This document shows positions 24,561-37,487 of a stretch of DNA of 64,000 bases, piece after piece. The notes under the pieces are model-generated. The model was not told the origin of the DNA. It saw only the letters and a program-made list of their open reading frames with translations, and did not search any database. The position numbers and the translations under genes were made by a program. This stretch comes from Lingula anatina (Eukaryota; Animalia; Brachiopoda), in assembly GCA_051362555.1 (NCBI GenBank), contig CM120649.1, positions 17,622,567 through 17,686,566 of the forward strand, in the 5' to 3' direction. The first letter of the stretch is position 1, and every line of letters starts with the position of its first letter.

Positions 24561-25358
24561 CTGCCAATGAAGAGCACGCAGTGTCAGAGAAGCAGACCAC
24601 AACCTCCACATAGTGGTTCTGACCTCATTTTCATATAGGACTGTTTTAATAATTTATTATTATTATCTTTTTTTTTTTTGTTCAAGAACTTCATTTTCAA
24701 ATTTTGAATGAGGTCAAAAGTAATCATTTATGCCATCCTGTCAAATTACACATCATATCTCACAGCTTTAGTTCATCAGTTCATCCAAAATAACGAAATA
24801 TGGATGGTTCCATGAATCAATGAGGCTATATGCCATGGTTTCAAATACTGAATATTTTATAATATTATAAAAACCATGAGCGATGATATTAAAGTTGACA
24901 GCAGTGCATTCTTTGATTATGCAAATGTCCAAAATGTTCCATTATTAAGTAATTAAACAGCTTATCTATATTTCATTGAAGGGGGAAGTGGTGTTCTCCA
25001 CTGTCTTGTTGGCTCATATACTATATAAGTGTCAAAAAAAAATTAAAGTGTATAGGAGTCGCATCACACTTGATTTAGTAAAAAAAGAAATAGAAAAAAA
25101 TTCTGCAATTCTGAGGTACCTTGACAATTTCCACAAAACAAAACAAAACAAAAAAAAAAAAAAAATACCTGGCTTCTTAGGCAAGACCACTTTAGACCGA
25201 AAGTTTTCCTAACTTGCTTCATGAGACAACAAGATTAGAGAGGAAAAAACCCACTGCTTCGGTTCAAACCAGTTTTGGCGCGAAGAGTCTAAAGACAGAG
25301 ATAACTGTGTGGAGGTTGCGCGTGGCAAGAGAGAGACCAAGCGGGAGACAATCCCTAC

Positions 25359-25613
25359 CATAGCTTGGGCTTGAGCAGTGGCAGCGGCAGCAGCAGCATT
25401 AGCTCTTTGTTGAATAGCCTTAATCTGGGCCTGAAGGTGAGGAGGAGGGTGGAAGTAACGACACGAGTCGCGCGAGCACTTCCCCTTAATGTAATCCATA
25501 CAGACAGTTACATGGTTATCGTTTGGGTCAATGTGCACGCTGTCAGGGGGGTGGGCGTATCTACACTCATCGTGCTCACGACTGCACGCTCCGCGCTGAA
25601 ACTCACGACATAC
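25359..25613 (-). CDS. mbl: Muscleblind exon, ZnF3 and ZnF4 plus alanine-rich tract
   Basis: Acceptor ctttctctcttctcttccag, donor ATG|GTAGGG, 255 nt. Reads [85 protein letters not shown], very like vertebrate MBNL ZnF3/4. Confidence 0.97.
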
Positions 25614-26981
25614 CTGGAAGAGAAGAGAGAAAGAAAATTGCGTGTAATTATGAGTGCATGGCTGAAACAGACAAAATAAGATTTTACTGTCACAGATATC
25701 CGTTTTTGGATTTTGGCTGTGTTTAATTCTTTTGAATTTATTCTTAATTATATTAAGTCATGAAACAAAGAGAAAACATGTCACAGTCAGTAAAATATTT
25801 TTAACAATATAACTGCTTCATGAATATATTCATTTATAAACCATCGTCAATTCAATAACCAAAAATGCAGAATTAATGAAGTGTAATCCTGAAAAGAGAG
25901 GACTTGGTTAAACAAAGTTTCCAAATCACCAACAGGTCCCAACCAATACCTTTATAAATATATAACAGTCATGTCATGTGTCTCCAGCACTTTAAAGCAC
26001 TTTATATTCTATTTATTTGTGAAAAACGTATGTGAAGGACCAACTTTTTCACAGCACCTTCTATAAAGATATATTAATTTTTTCTGAGTTCAAAAATTGG
26101 AAGTTTAGACCTGCTCAAATCTGTGTCCAACTGTGGACTTCAGAGCAAAGAAAACACCCATTGGAAAAAAAAAAAGGTGATGCACCTTGAATTTTTTTCA
26201 CATTCAGGTTGCATATTATTGCAAATCACAGTAATTGAAGTAAAATAAAAAATAAAAAACACAGACAATCACATGAACTACAAAAGAACAAATCCCGATC
26301 ATAAAAATAGATACAGAGTGATTAAGGAGAGCTGTCCCCCTCTCCATCATTTCCATTCCATAAAAAGATCTATAAAAGAGAGGAAACTGCACAGACAAAG
26401 GAAATAACAATCAAACTAAGTGCTCCATCACCAAGATGTTCCCCATCCATTTCCATTTATATTCATGCAATGGAGAACAGCAGGAGGAATGACAAATCAC
26501 TGAGATTTGTTTACCCATAGAAAATATATTTCAAAGGAAAAAAGAAAAGCAATCTCTCCAAAGTTTGGGTCAAAATGAAATTATCCAAGGGATAAAGTGG
26601 AGGCATGAGGGGCTATAATATAATACTACTACATAATACGGAGGCAATAATTTTAATGAACTAAAATGGTAACAGTGAACTGAACATTTCCTTCTACCTC
26701 ATAAGTTGGTTTAGATCCTCCTCTCCCCCCCTACCCTGCCCCCCAGACTTAAGCCACACCCCACATACATACACTCCTTATGTTAAGCATTAGAATATGA
26801 CATGGACTGACCCTCTAGTCTTCACGACTTCAGTAGTTTAAACCAAGTTGTAAGTGCAGTACATGTATGCAACCCTCCAGTGAAGTGCTAAGCCAACATC
26901 ATGGCCTCTGTTCCTCCCTCACCCTACCCCCTCCCTACCCCCACCACATACGCCAAAACCCTCCCCACCCTAAGGCACTAC

Positions 26982-27188
26982 CTCTAGTCTATCTGCCCGC
27001 TGCAGCTTGGACTGGGCGGCGACCGTGGTGGGGACCCCTCCGGGGAGCTGAGCCGTGGAAGCCAGCGCCATGGACTGCATCATTTGGTTCCCGTCGGTGC
27101 TGCTGATCAAGCCCGCCGCGGCTGGGATTCCTGGGAGGGACGTGGCGTACTGGAATGCAGGGGGGACACCGCCAATGTACTGGGGGGC
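26982..27188 (-). CDS. mbl: Muscleblind linker exon ending in RADRLE
   Basis: Acceptor ccattattcttccag, donor GAG|GTAGTG, 207 nt. Reads APQYIGGVPPAFQY...AAQSKLQRADRLE; the KL.R.DRLE|VCRE junction is as in MBNL proteins. Confidence 0.93.
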
Positions 27189-28473
27189 CTGGAAGAATAA
27201 TGGCAACAATGTATCTTAATGTAAATGTTTTTAATTATATTGTAATAAATTGAAGGGAATGAGGTCATCTTCTATGTGGTGTCTGGAATGAGAATGACAA
27301 CTTTTCAGTTTGTTTTGCATAAAATACATAAATGCATAAATAAATAAATGAGAAAAAGATAAATAAATACAAGCCATGTTAATAAATAAAACAAAAATCA
27401 AACAAACACACATAAGTCAAAAGAAAATAGAAAATTGTTAATGTTGAAGGTACACTTGAAATTGTTACATGAAGTTTTTCAAAATATTATCATTTTTTCT
27501 CTGTTTCTTTTGTGAAATATTATACCTGGCTTTTTAATATCCCTCCATTTTCCATATGACATGGCTTAAAACTGGCGAGCTTGATAATTTTTCTTTAAAT
27601 GAGTCTTGCTTTATTTTTTAAACCTAATCTAGTAATATAATTTGGGTTTAATATATATTATATAGTTTATACAATGGCTGTATAAACTTATCTGTTATTA
27701 TAAGGGGAAAAAATAATCAACAGTAGTTCAAAATGTTCCAAATTGTGTTATTTTTTTTTTTAATGAGGAAGGAGACTTCTCACCCCCTGACCCTCTAGCT
27801 AATCTGAATCCATCCATACTTAAAAACACCAAGCGTTAATGACTTTATTTCCTTATAAATTATGTTCATTCAATCATCAGTAGTGAGGCAGGGGGCTTTT
27901 TAAGTGTTAAAGAATTGAAGGCCTGATAGAATTCCTTCCATGATTCACCATGTTTCCTCTCCACCGCAGGTGCAATTGCGTTATCCCATTTTCTCTGGAT
28001 GATATCATTCTCGGTATCTTAGCAACAAATGAAAACATTAGTCATGTGTGTCAAACAGCTCAATTGGATGAGGCAGAGATAATTGGATGATGGACCATTG
28101 TTGCTTTGCTTATTATTATCTGTGTAGGTTTTCAAAACATAATGCCCATTTAATTTTTGGAGTGTCAACCTAACATTATTTTTAATATTGGCATCACAGA
28201 GATAAACTACGTTCGATAAACCTCCCAAAAATTTGATAAATTTATCCTGATGCTGTTTTGCTCTCAGTTTTATTGCAATGTAACACCACTGCTCTTACTG
28301 CTATCTGATCCAAGTACTATCATAACACATGAATTCTTCATCCACAAACCTACTTAAAAGTATTCTATCTGGAATTTTCGCGAATTTTCCATGAGAGAAA
28401 AGCAATTTTCTTCTTTTAATGAATCATTGTCTGAGCCATCCCTGCACCTAGACCCAATTTTTTAGACCACTTC

Positions 28474-28706
28474 TAATTACCTCTGCCAAGGAGGTTATGT
28501 TTTCACCCCTGTTTGTTTGTTTGTTTGTCTGTCTGTCATCAACATAACTCAAAAAGTTATGGACCGATTTTGATAAAGTTTTCAGGAACTGTCAGATGTG
28601 GGCCAAGTAACAGACGATTAGTTCTTGGTGGTGATCCAGATCAATAATCAATCAATAATCAATAATAATCAAAAATTGTCTGCGCTCTCGTAGTGTTTTT
28701 CTAGTT
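28474..28706 (+). mobile_element. Non-autonomous Helentron/Helitron2-type element (HINE/DINE-like)
   Basis: Starts TAATTACCTCTGCCAAGGAGGTTATGTTTTC, has a (GTTT)n/(GTCT)n microsatellite, and ends TCTGCGCTCTCGTAGTGTTTTTCTAGTT. This is the typical layout of that family. Confidence 0.75.
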
Positions 28707-30644
28707 ATATAATTAAATCCTAAAGGACTGCCCAGTCACTTAGACTGCCATGTACACCTTTCAGAAGGAAATATCCTGATCAGGTACTTTTGTTTGAGGG
28801 GTTTTATCATTTATGAATTGTGGATTGGGAAACATAATCGGTATCTTTGCAGGATATCTAGTAATAAATATATGACTTTGTCACATTTTTCAGATTTTGA
28901 TAATTAAGTCTTTATAAGAACAGGTTTAAAATCTTATAAATGGCTTGGTTGATTTTTTTTAAAGAGCAAGTTCATCTCGGTACAGCCACTGTATTTTCAC
29001 AATGAATGGTTTTGTCCTGTGCAAGTAAAATACAACAAGACAACATGATGTTATAAAATTAATCACCCACTGCTTTAAAAACACATAGCGCTCATTCATT
29101 CATATGAACCAGATCCATTATAAAAAAAAACACACTATAATGAGACCACATAATCCGTGCCGTACATAAATGGCAAACAAGTCACGTAATGTAAAATAAT
29201 GAAGAAGTCCTTTGTGACAGACCCATGATGTTCCTTTGTCCCCAGTGAAACTGTAATGATGCCAAACATAATAACTTGACGTGTGTCACGCCTGACAGGT
29301 ACTTCACAATTTGTCTGCCAGCGCTGCAGATGGGAAAGGACTAAGGAGGGCATGCTTAATGGTTTGTGGAAAGTCACAGGCAATTTTTCACAATCCAGGT
29401 GACAAACAGTAGCTTCTTTTTCTTTCCTTCATTTTGTCTTTGTTTTGTTGTGTTTTTTTTTTCTTTTGCTTAAGTGGACCTCCACCGAGTCAACCAGTGA
29501 CACATTCAGGACAAAATAACGGCATAATCCAAAACAGTTTCCTTGGAGATACCTGTAGAATATTGCTCTAAAAGTACTACCTGAAGAAGACTGCTTTAAA
29601 AACACCTGTCAAGCGAGATCAGGCTTCGTCTATTTTCCCCCCCAAGTTCTTACATGGTTTTTCATCGGCCTGCACACAATAAACTTCTCGTCTTTTCAAT
29701 TTTGGAATTTTACTCAAAACTTCAAGCAACAGACATAGTGTGCCAAAATTTAAGACTGAAAGATCCCAGTGATCCTTAATGCCATTTGCACTTTTATATT
29801 TCCAACAGTAAAATGTAGTCTTTTATCCTGTGTACAGTAATTTTAAAGTTCAAGCAGCAGTCTCATTAAAACAAATATCATTTTATTATTGTTGCAATGT
29901 TCTTATCATTTAATGCACAAATTCAACCCAATGGGTTGTAATTTTAATAAATTATTATTATCAATATTATTATTAACTTGGAACATTGTGATGGTGACAG
30001 TGTGACTCATCATTTGTGCAGGGCATGTCTTTGTCTACTTTCCATAATTCTGATTTCATTAATGGTTCTAGAACTTAAATGCCATTGAACAATTCATGTT
30101 AATTCAAAATGTGCATGTCTGGATCTGTATGTTGAAGTCTTGCCACAGCAATAAAACAGTAAATAAATAATACAAATAAATAAATAAACAAATAAACACA
30201 TAAATGAATAAATAAAAAAATAAATAATGAAAACAAAATAAGATTTAAAAAATAATAAATAAATAAATAAAAGTGTGTATTTATAATAAATGGACTGCAG
30301 TTCAACACCTGAAAGGAAGAATACAAGATTAAACAAGATCAATTGAGAAATAATAAAAAAAATAAATAAATAAATTTTAAAAAATGATACATTGAAATGA
30401 CATGTAGTGTTAATTTATCTGTTCTTTATCTATAAAAGTTGAACGGTTTTTCTGTAAAAGTTAAATGTCAAAGTGATAGAGACAAGTTGAACATTTTATT
30501 TACTTGAAACAGAAAATGCTGATGTTTTAATCAAAGTATAACTAAAATTAAGCTAAAGTATAGATACAAAAGCGAGCAGAGATACAAGCTTAAGCCTTGT
30601 ACACAGACTCACATGCATTTACAACATAATAGCTACAGTCACAT

Positions 30645-30743
30645 AAGGTGTGTTCAGACTAGGTCAACATGTTCACCAGTATCAGTCAGTGACGCAATCT
30701 TGACATAAACCAGTGCAACACTGACTTTGTCTAAGCACACCTT
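30645..30743. mobile_element. Small palindromic MITE remnant
   Basis: Imperfect terminal inverted repeats AAGGTGTGTTCAGAC / GTCTAAGCACACCTT and an inner pair TCAGTGACGCA / TGCAACACTGA. Confidence 0.55.
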
Positions 30744-33700
30744 CAAAAATTCCCATTAGTGAAGATTTTGAAGAGATTCATTTAAAATGGAGATAATGAA
30801 TTTTTGGAAAACTAGTAACTTTTTTTCTTTTTTAACCTGGTATACTGCACAGTTTGCCATGATCGGAGACAGACTGGACCCCAAATCAACTTTTTTCTGC
30901 ATCTTTTTCAATTTTGACTTTTATAACTTTCAAATATTAATATATTCCATTCAATTATGACAAATTAAGAAAGTTCCAGGACTTGATGAGGGGCTATCAC
31001 TAAAGATACTGCATCAGGGGTCCATTTTGAAATAAAAATCTTTTTACTGGTAATTTTCAAGGGTAATTTTGAAAAGGATCCATGATTTTTTTCTATGCTA
31101 AGCTGAAATATTTAGCATCTTTTGAGAATCTTTTTTAAATACCCAATACACCACTCCTTACTAGGTCCATTTTAATTTAATCATTTTGATTAAATAGTAC
31201 TTCTTGATTTTGATTGTTGTATTTGAATGATCTAAACAAATTACTGGAATTAAACTAAAAAATAAAAAACAAATAAATAAAAATCCACTAATGAATGTCT
31301 TAGTGAGGTGTGTAGCGTGAGATGATATCCACAATTTCGAAAGTAGACAATCCACAAAAATCTAGATCTAGTCATGACTTCTACAGCTCTAAACTATGAG
31401 AATAAAATCACACATGCGGGCAAGCTGATATTACTACTGATACTGAATGGGAATCGCACAGCTCTGGTATTTTCAGCCGTGCTGTTATACCATGTCCAAC
31501 CATATGAGTCTGGTCTAGTATAGGGTTCTACACTAAAACCCTGTTCGATATGACCAACCAAATGCGCACGTACCGTATAAAAGTTGGAGGCCGGGTTTTT
31601 AGATCGTAGGTACGCCTCCTCTAGTGGGGAGGTGGACTCTATGTCGCAGTAACTTGTATAGGGCCACACCCCCTCTGCTTGCGTCCTGGCTGTCATGGGG
31701 TTAACCCGCGGTGCTTGCTACGAGAGGAATAAATAATTACTGGCCACTGATTGGTCAATTTATTAGAAAAATGAGGGGCAAAATTGACATGGGCTTAATA
31801 TCTGTGATGTCATTGCTGGCCATTTTGGCTGTAACTGATGGGACCCAATATTCCTTGGTCTATAGATTTTGAATAAAGTGAGAATGAAAAATAAAAAGGT
31901 GGTCTCCTCTGGAATTTGTGAAGGATATCAAAGATGCAAATATAATAATTTCCCATTAATTGCTGGTTTGGTGACTGACTATTGTCAAAGGCCTTGTCTC
32001 CTCTCTTAAAAAGGGTTCTGCTAGATTCAAGAAAATTATATATTTTCTGCAGTTGTTTGTTTTTGTTACAGGGTACCTTTGATATGCAACTAAAACGAAG
32101 GATTGAGCCATATATATTTCAACACTCTCTTCTTTTCCCCATGTAAACTTACAGTAACATGTTTCCCTTTAATAAATTTTGATCTTTTAAGAACTGAACA
32201 GGAGGCATTACAGTTAAGGTCAGGAAAGATCATGGGAAAATATTAACTTCAATGGACTCTAAATTTCGATTCACACACTTAGCTATTAGTAATAGCCATC
32301 ATTTATATGCTGGGGGCCAAGAAAAATTATTGCTCCTTTGCAAACTTGATTAAAAAACACTCAAAAACAAGCAAGTCTTTAAGGTTTTATATTTTTTCCT
32401 TTAATTGGGTATAATTGTCCATGCGATGACAAAGTGCTTGTTATGCACATGCCATATTACATCAATACTGGCTTAAGAAATCCATTACATAACTTTTATA
32501 CAATTTAATGGATATCACAGACATATTGATTCCCTTTAAACTTTTGATAAACGGCAGGTAGTTATCATCCTATCTTAACTGAACCTAAATTAACTTGGTG
32601 GATCTCTAGCTCCTTTGTTAACTTTCCTATAAAAATTAATTTCAAGAAGCAGTTCTGATCTAAGGACTCGGATTTGTGATATCTTGAGTTTAACTTAGTG
32701 ACATGCTACCTCAGCAAATTATATGATTATGCTATGCAGGGAAAGAAATATTAATTTAAGATAATTATCTTATCAGGCAGGGGATGGAAATAACGGGGAT
32801 AAAAGTAACCACATGATCTGATGACATAGCATGTTACGACATCAGAAATGGAATGGAAATTGACCTTAACACACGGCAGGTATTTTCTTCCAACTTATCA
32901 TAAACTACTTCTCAGCTTCTTCTTCCCTCCCCCCACTCCCCACAATTTTTTTTACAAACACAGCATTAATATGAGTGCCTCTGTTTCACATGATTTAGAT
33001 TTTTTGTTTTACAGCATAACTTGCATGGCAGACATAAAGGACATAAAGGAAGCATATATAAATGTACATACAGTGTGCGTAAAAAGCACATACACAGGCC
33101 AGACAAAGCAGCATCTGCTCTAATAGCTAATAATCACATATGTTTTATGAGTAGGGATGTTTTTTAAGGTACCTCATTCATAGCTTTTTTTCTGTACACT
33201 TCATTTTTTGTTATAACTTTCACTCAGATTTATTTGAGGTGGAATAAAAATGTTTGTTATAAGAAACATTATAATATGTCCAATTTAAATTTGTTTGATT
33301 TCTAAAAATGAAAATGGTCTAATTTGCTCAAAGATTTTAATTCACTTTATATGGCAGTTGAAACTAGATAAATTTTGCAAAACCCTAACAGCTGTTGTCT
33401 TCACTGCTTTTACCATAATTGGAAAATTGCTGTGAAAAAAAAAATTAATGGGCTTCACTTTTGGAAAACTGTTAACTGTTCAAAAGCAAATGTGTGAAGT
33501 TGACTGTCAGACAGAGGAAGCCTTTTTTAAAGGCATTATATTCTGATTGTCATTTATAGCAAGTGACATGAAGAGAATTTTGGGGATTACTGATAATCTA
33601 ACAGTACCATAGGGGGCAGCACTTGTTAAGCTATCAACTTTTGGTCCAAAATTGACAACTTTCCAAATCCAAGAAACATATGGACCATTTAGTTAAAAAA

Positions 33701-33799
33701 CTAACAAAACAATGTAAGGTTTTTTTCAGATAAGAACAGCCTTTTTTTTCTGTAAGCAAATTTATTAAGTTTGGCAAGTGGAAAATTAATAAATAACAT

Positions 33800-33960
33800 A
33801 TGGCGATTCATCCGGGCTGCGACTGATGCTTAACAAGCAAAGAAGCAGAGGCAGCGTCAGCAAGAGTGGCATTGGCAATATGGAGGCAATCGACAGCGGT
33901 TACATGGACTAGACAACGAGCGGCATCAGCAGCGGCCAACGAGGAACGAGGCAATGATGT
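33800..33960 (-). promoter_or_regulatory. Intronic YGCY (MBNL-binding) cluster downstream of the 54-nt exon
   Basis: 15 minus-strand YGCY motifs counted in about 160 nt, versus about 1 on the plus strand. Confidence 0.75.
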
Positions 33961-33985
33961 AAAAATGAGGTGAATTACCACTAAC

Positions 33986-34039
33986 CACAATGCCTGTCAC
34001 CGCTTGAGGCCATACGGGGGCACTTGAGTACGCAAATGT
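33986..34039 (-). CDS. mbl: Candidate 54-nt symmetric cassette exon in the ZnF2-ZnF3 linker
   Basis: Pyrimidine tract ttttttcctccctctt, weak AAG acceptor, donor GTG|GTTAGT. Phase 0 reads TFAYSSAPVWPQAVTGIV. Confidence 0.6.
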
Positions 34040-36393
34040 CTTGCCACTTGTGTCATATGTCAATAAGAGGGAGGAAAAAAAACAAAAGAACCAAATTAGT
34101 ATGATACAGTGCTAGGACCAACTAACAACATACTAGGAACCATTTTCTCAAAAAAAAAAAAAAAAAAAAAAAAACAGCAGGTAGAGCAATGTCCGACAAT
34201 ATATTTGGAGTTAAACTTTTCATATTGCAGTGTATCTCTAAAAGCCAACACAAGTATAGTTTTATACAGGCATGGTTTTAGAAAATTTCCAAAACAGAGG
34301 GAAAAAATTCACAATGTGCAGTAAGAGTTCATATATTAACAATTTTTTGCGCATAAAAAGTACCCCACACACACAAACACTCACAAAAAAAAAAAAAAAA
34401 AAGAACATTGCCATCCCAGTACTTATAAACAAAATTTTGAGAAAATGGCCCCAGGACTGCAGTATTTGAGCAGGATGAGAAAGGTGATGGCTCTTTCAGA
34501 ACATGGAACAAAATATATCTGATTCCAAAATAAATGGTTCTTTTTAACAAAATTTAATTTCAATCACCACAAAAATGATGAGTGAATGTAACAGATGCAT
34601 GGATTATGATAACAAAGAAACTCAAAAACAAATAAATATAAACACAAGTAATGAAATAAATGGAGAACTTCACTCAACTCATCCATTGTCAGATCAGTCC
34701 AATATATAAAGGAAACACAACATATAACTAAAACAAGCATAAATGGAGGTGCTTCTGCCATTATGACAACCGTGATATGTCAAATCATCATTAAAAGAAC
34801 ATGGCGTAAGCAACTCTATGTAATAACATATAATATACAGTGAAAGTTAAACAAAATATAAATAAAATGCAAAGGATGTGTCAAATGTAAGATTAAAATG
34901 CAGAACGTTTAAATGTCAGGGAAGGAAATTATCAATTAAGGTTAACTGCTGAAAGGTGCCACTTAAAATGTTAGACAAAACTGAGCTGGTTGGAAGATAC
35001 TTAAATTATGCTATTCCTTTACAATAAGCAGCGCTGTATTTCAAATCAGAGTTATGTGGCAACTGCAGGAAAGATATGTTATATTTGCCCCCTTTTTTTA
35101 TGAGCCAAAAATGTACAATCTGAAATACCTCTGTATTTCATTGATGCTGTTTGAAAAGAGCTTTAATTCAATGGAGATGGGAGGAGAAGGAGGAAGGGGG
35201 GGGAGAGAAGAGTTGGTGTGAATATGGCCTGTTACACATTCTGGTAATTGCGATTCTATTTTGTAAATAACCAAAAAGGCAAGATTCATAACCTACTCAT
35301 TTTAATAAACTTAATCATGCCAAAAGTACATCTGAATTTTTCTATTTTTCTTTCTTTTTTTTATTTGAAATTTTTCCGCATATATCAATCATTTGAACAA
35401 TTCAAACACCTAATTTCTTTTAAGACTTTATTCAGTGAAAAATAATCTTTTACCTCTGAGATCAAATTTAAAATGGTTCATCAGGGACAGGTTATTCACA
35501 AAATGAATAGACATATGAAAGATTGGATACTTCTTTGCCTACAGCAATAAATCAAACCCCTGAGTAATAGGCTTTGTACATGACAGTATGGGTAACATAC
35601 CCTAGATAAAACAAAAAGAGATAAGATAAAAGAATAAAATGCTTAGTTGAACTTTCCCTATCTATCCAATAAATTATGATCTTATGGAATCATTAATTTT
35701 AAGCATTTGCCACTTGTCCGGGTCAAACAAAAACTCTACAAAATGATACCGTCATTTTTTACGGTGCAGATTCTGGGAAAGAAATGGATACTTCTCAAAT
35801 CACCTGCAGCTTTAAGTTGTCATACATATTTTCTTTTTAATAAATCAGTTTAACTGGGGGTAATCTCAAGTTTCAGCAATCTACCTGCCCCTAAAATGGA
35901 CTCCCAAGATGGAATGTTTGAAAACTCCTTCGGAAGAGGCAAGGCCTGATGGCATGGCCTGATGGTAACTTCGACAAATATAACATCTGCTATAGGCACC
36001 CCTAGAATACCTAGATGTAAGAACAAGATATGCAACATCCTCTGTATCCTCAGGACTGGATAAATGTTAAGATATTTTTCCTGTCTCATGGGGAGAAATC
36101 GGCATGCCTTCATGATCACCTCAAGCTCGTCTTATCGGTATACCATCAATATTATTCTCTGGGTAAAGTGTAGAGGTATTCCCACCCTCTCTCTTCGGCA
36201 CCTGAATGATTTTTATCTCATATTTTTCTGCTAAGTTACTGATGGTATCTCCCTCCCTTCTCACTAAATTACTTTTCCACATCTGGATCCTTGTGATATT
36301 AACAAGATCACTAGTGGTCTTCAAACACAATTATTGCAATCTTTTCATGATCTCATTTCTTTTTGTTGAATAATCAGTAATTTTTGGTGATCT

Positions 36394-36395
<2 letters not shown>

Positions 36396-36461
<66 letters not shown>
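36396..36461. repeat. (TA)n microsatellite
   Basis: Direct observation. Confidence 0.95.
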
Positions 36462-36463
<2 letters not shown>

Positions 36464-37331
36464 AAGTTGATCTCCATATTCCACTTTTAGAATCTGTTTT
36501 AGAATAGGCCAAGGGGGAAGGGGAGGGGCGGAGTGGCAGACGGAGAGAGTGGGGGGGACTTCTCTGATTTTTTTAACTATGGGCAACTTATTTGATCCAT
36601 TAGACCTTTTCTACAAGTTTTCAAATACACCTTTCATGCTTATGTCATGCTATCTTTTATGCCTTGCGATACTGTGACAGAAATTATAAGCCTTTTCAAC
36701 ATGCTCCTTTTGGAAAATCAAGTCTTGCAAGTAAGCCCAGATCTTTTTTTTCCCCTTAAAATGATCTGGTGTATGGACAGATATAAATGTGAGTGGGCAA
36801 GTAAGTGAATTAAGAAAAAAATTACAAATATCTAAGCATACGAGCAGTGAACAAATACTGACAAGCAAGCATGCTTTTAAAACTATAAGTCTGTCATACC
36901 ATACCATAAACATATCCACTTATATAATAACATCTAATTTTACCAGACTGGAGCAAAACTAGTTCACCCAAGAAAATGCACCTTTGCAAAAACTGGTATT
37001 TTGCCACATCTAAATGTAGCTCCATACCAAATTAGGTATTGGTATAAACTTATCACAACCAATGTGGCTTAAATAGTGCTTGCTTACAAGAAGTTGTAAA
37101 AGTTACAACTAAAAAAATTGATTAATAAACAATCTTGACATTGCACTTACAGAACCTTTTATTTTTCTTAACAAATAGCAGCACAACGGCACTTTTCCTG
37201 TACAGTAAACTAGTTTTGCATCATTTACAAGTTCAGGGCTATGGATATGAGCTATTGGAGTTATTCTTTGCCAGTTGTCATGGATACATGTATATATATC
37301 GCCATGGATACACAATGCCATGGATACTCAC

Positions 37332-37487
37332 CATGGGCATCACCTGGTAACCAGCCTGTTGTGTCAGCATCTGCATCTGTAGGTTCTTCATGATCAAGTT
37401 ATTTCGACCATTTTGTAGAAGCTGCTCTCGAAGATGTTGGGGCGGGTGAAGATATTTACATGGTGGCTCCTTCCTTTGACATTTACC
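37332..37487 (-). CDS. mbl: Muscleblind second coding exon, completes ZnF2
   Basis: Acceptor tcatttattacag, donor ATG|GTGAGT, 156 nt. Reads GKCQRKEPPCKYLHPPQHLREQLLQNGRNNLIMKNLQMQMLTQQAGYQVMPM, containing the conserved NGRNNL box. Confidence 0.97.

Noticed and set aside
25209-25358. Read-through extension of the ZnF3/4 ORF ([11 protein letters not shown]...)
   Set aside because: A donor ATG|GTAGGG at 25358 keeps phase with the downstream conserved exons, so the extension is most simply intron.
31393-31725. GC-richer insert with a 100-aa ORF
   Set aside because: Looks like an interspersed repeat, but I could not define terminal repeats or a target-site duplication.
33808-33990. Ala-rich ORF (SSLAAADAARC...ADAASAS)
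   Set aside because: The alanine richness is explained by the YGCY motif cluster. It has no suitable acceptor and is out of frame with the 54-nt exon.
35850-36330. Two adjacent minus-strand ORFs with coding-like composition and a CYIC..YH stretch
   Set aside because: May be a decayed retroelement fragment, but I could not recognise a complete zinc knuckle, RT or other domain.
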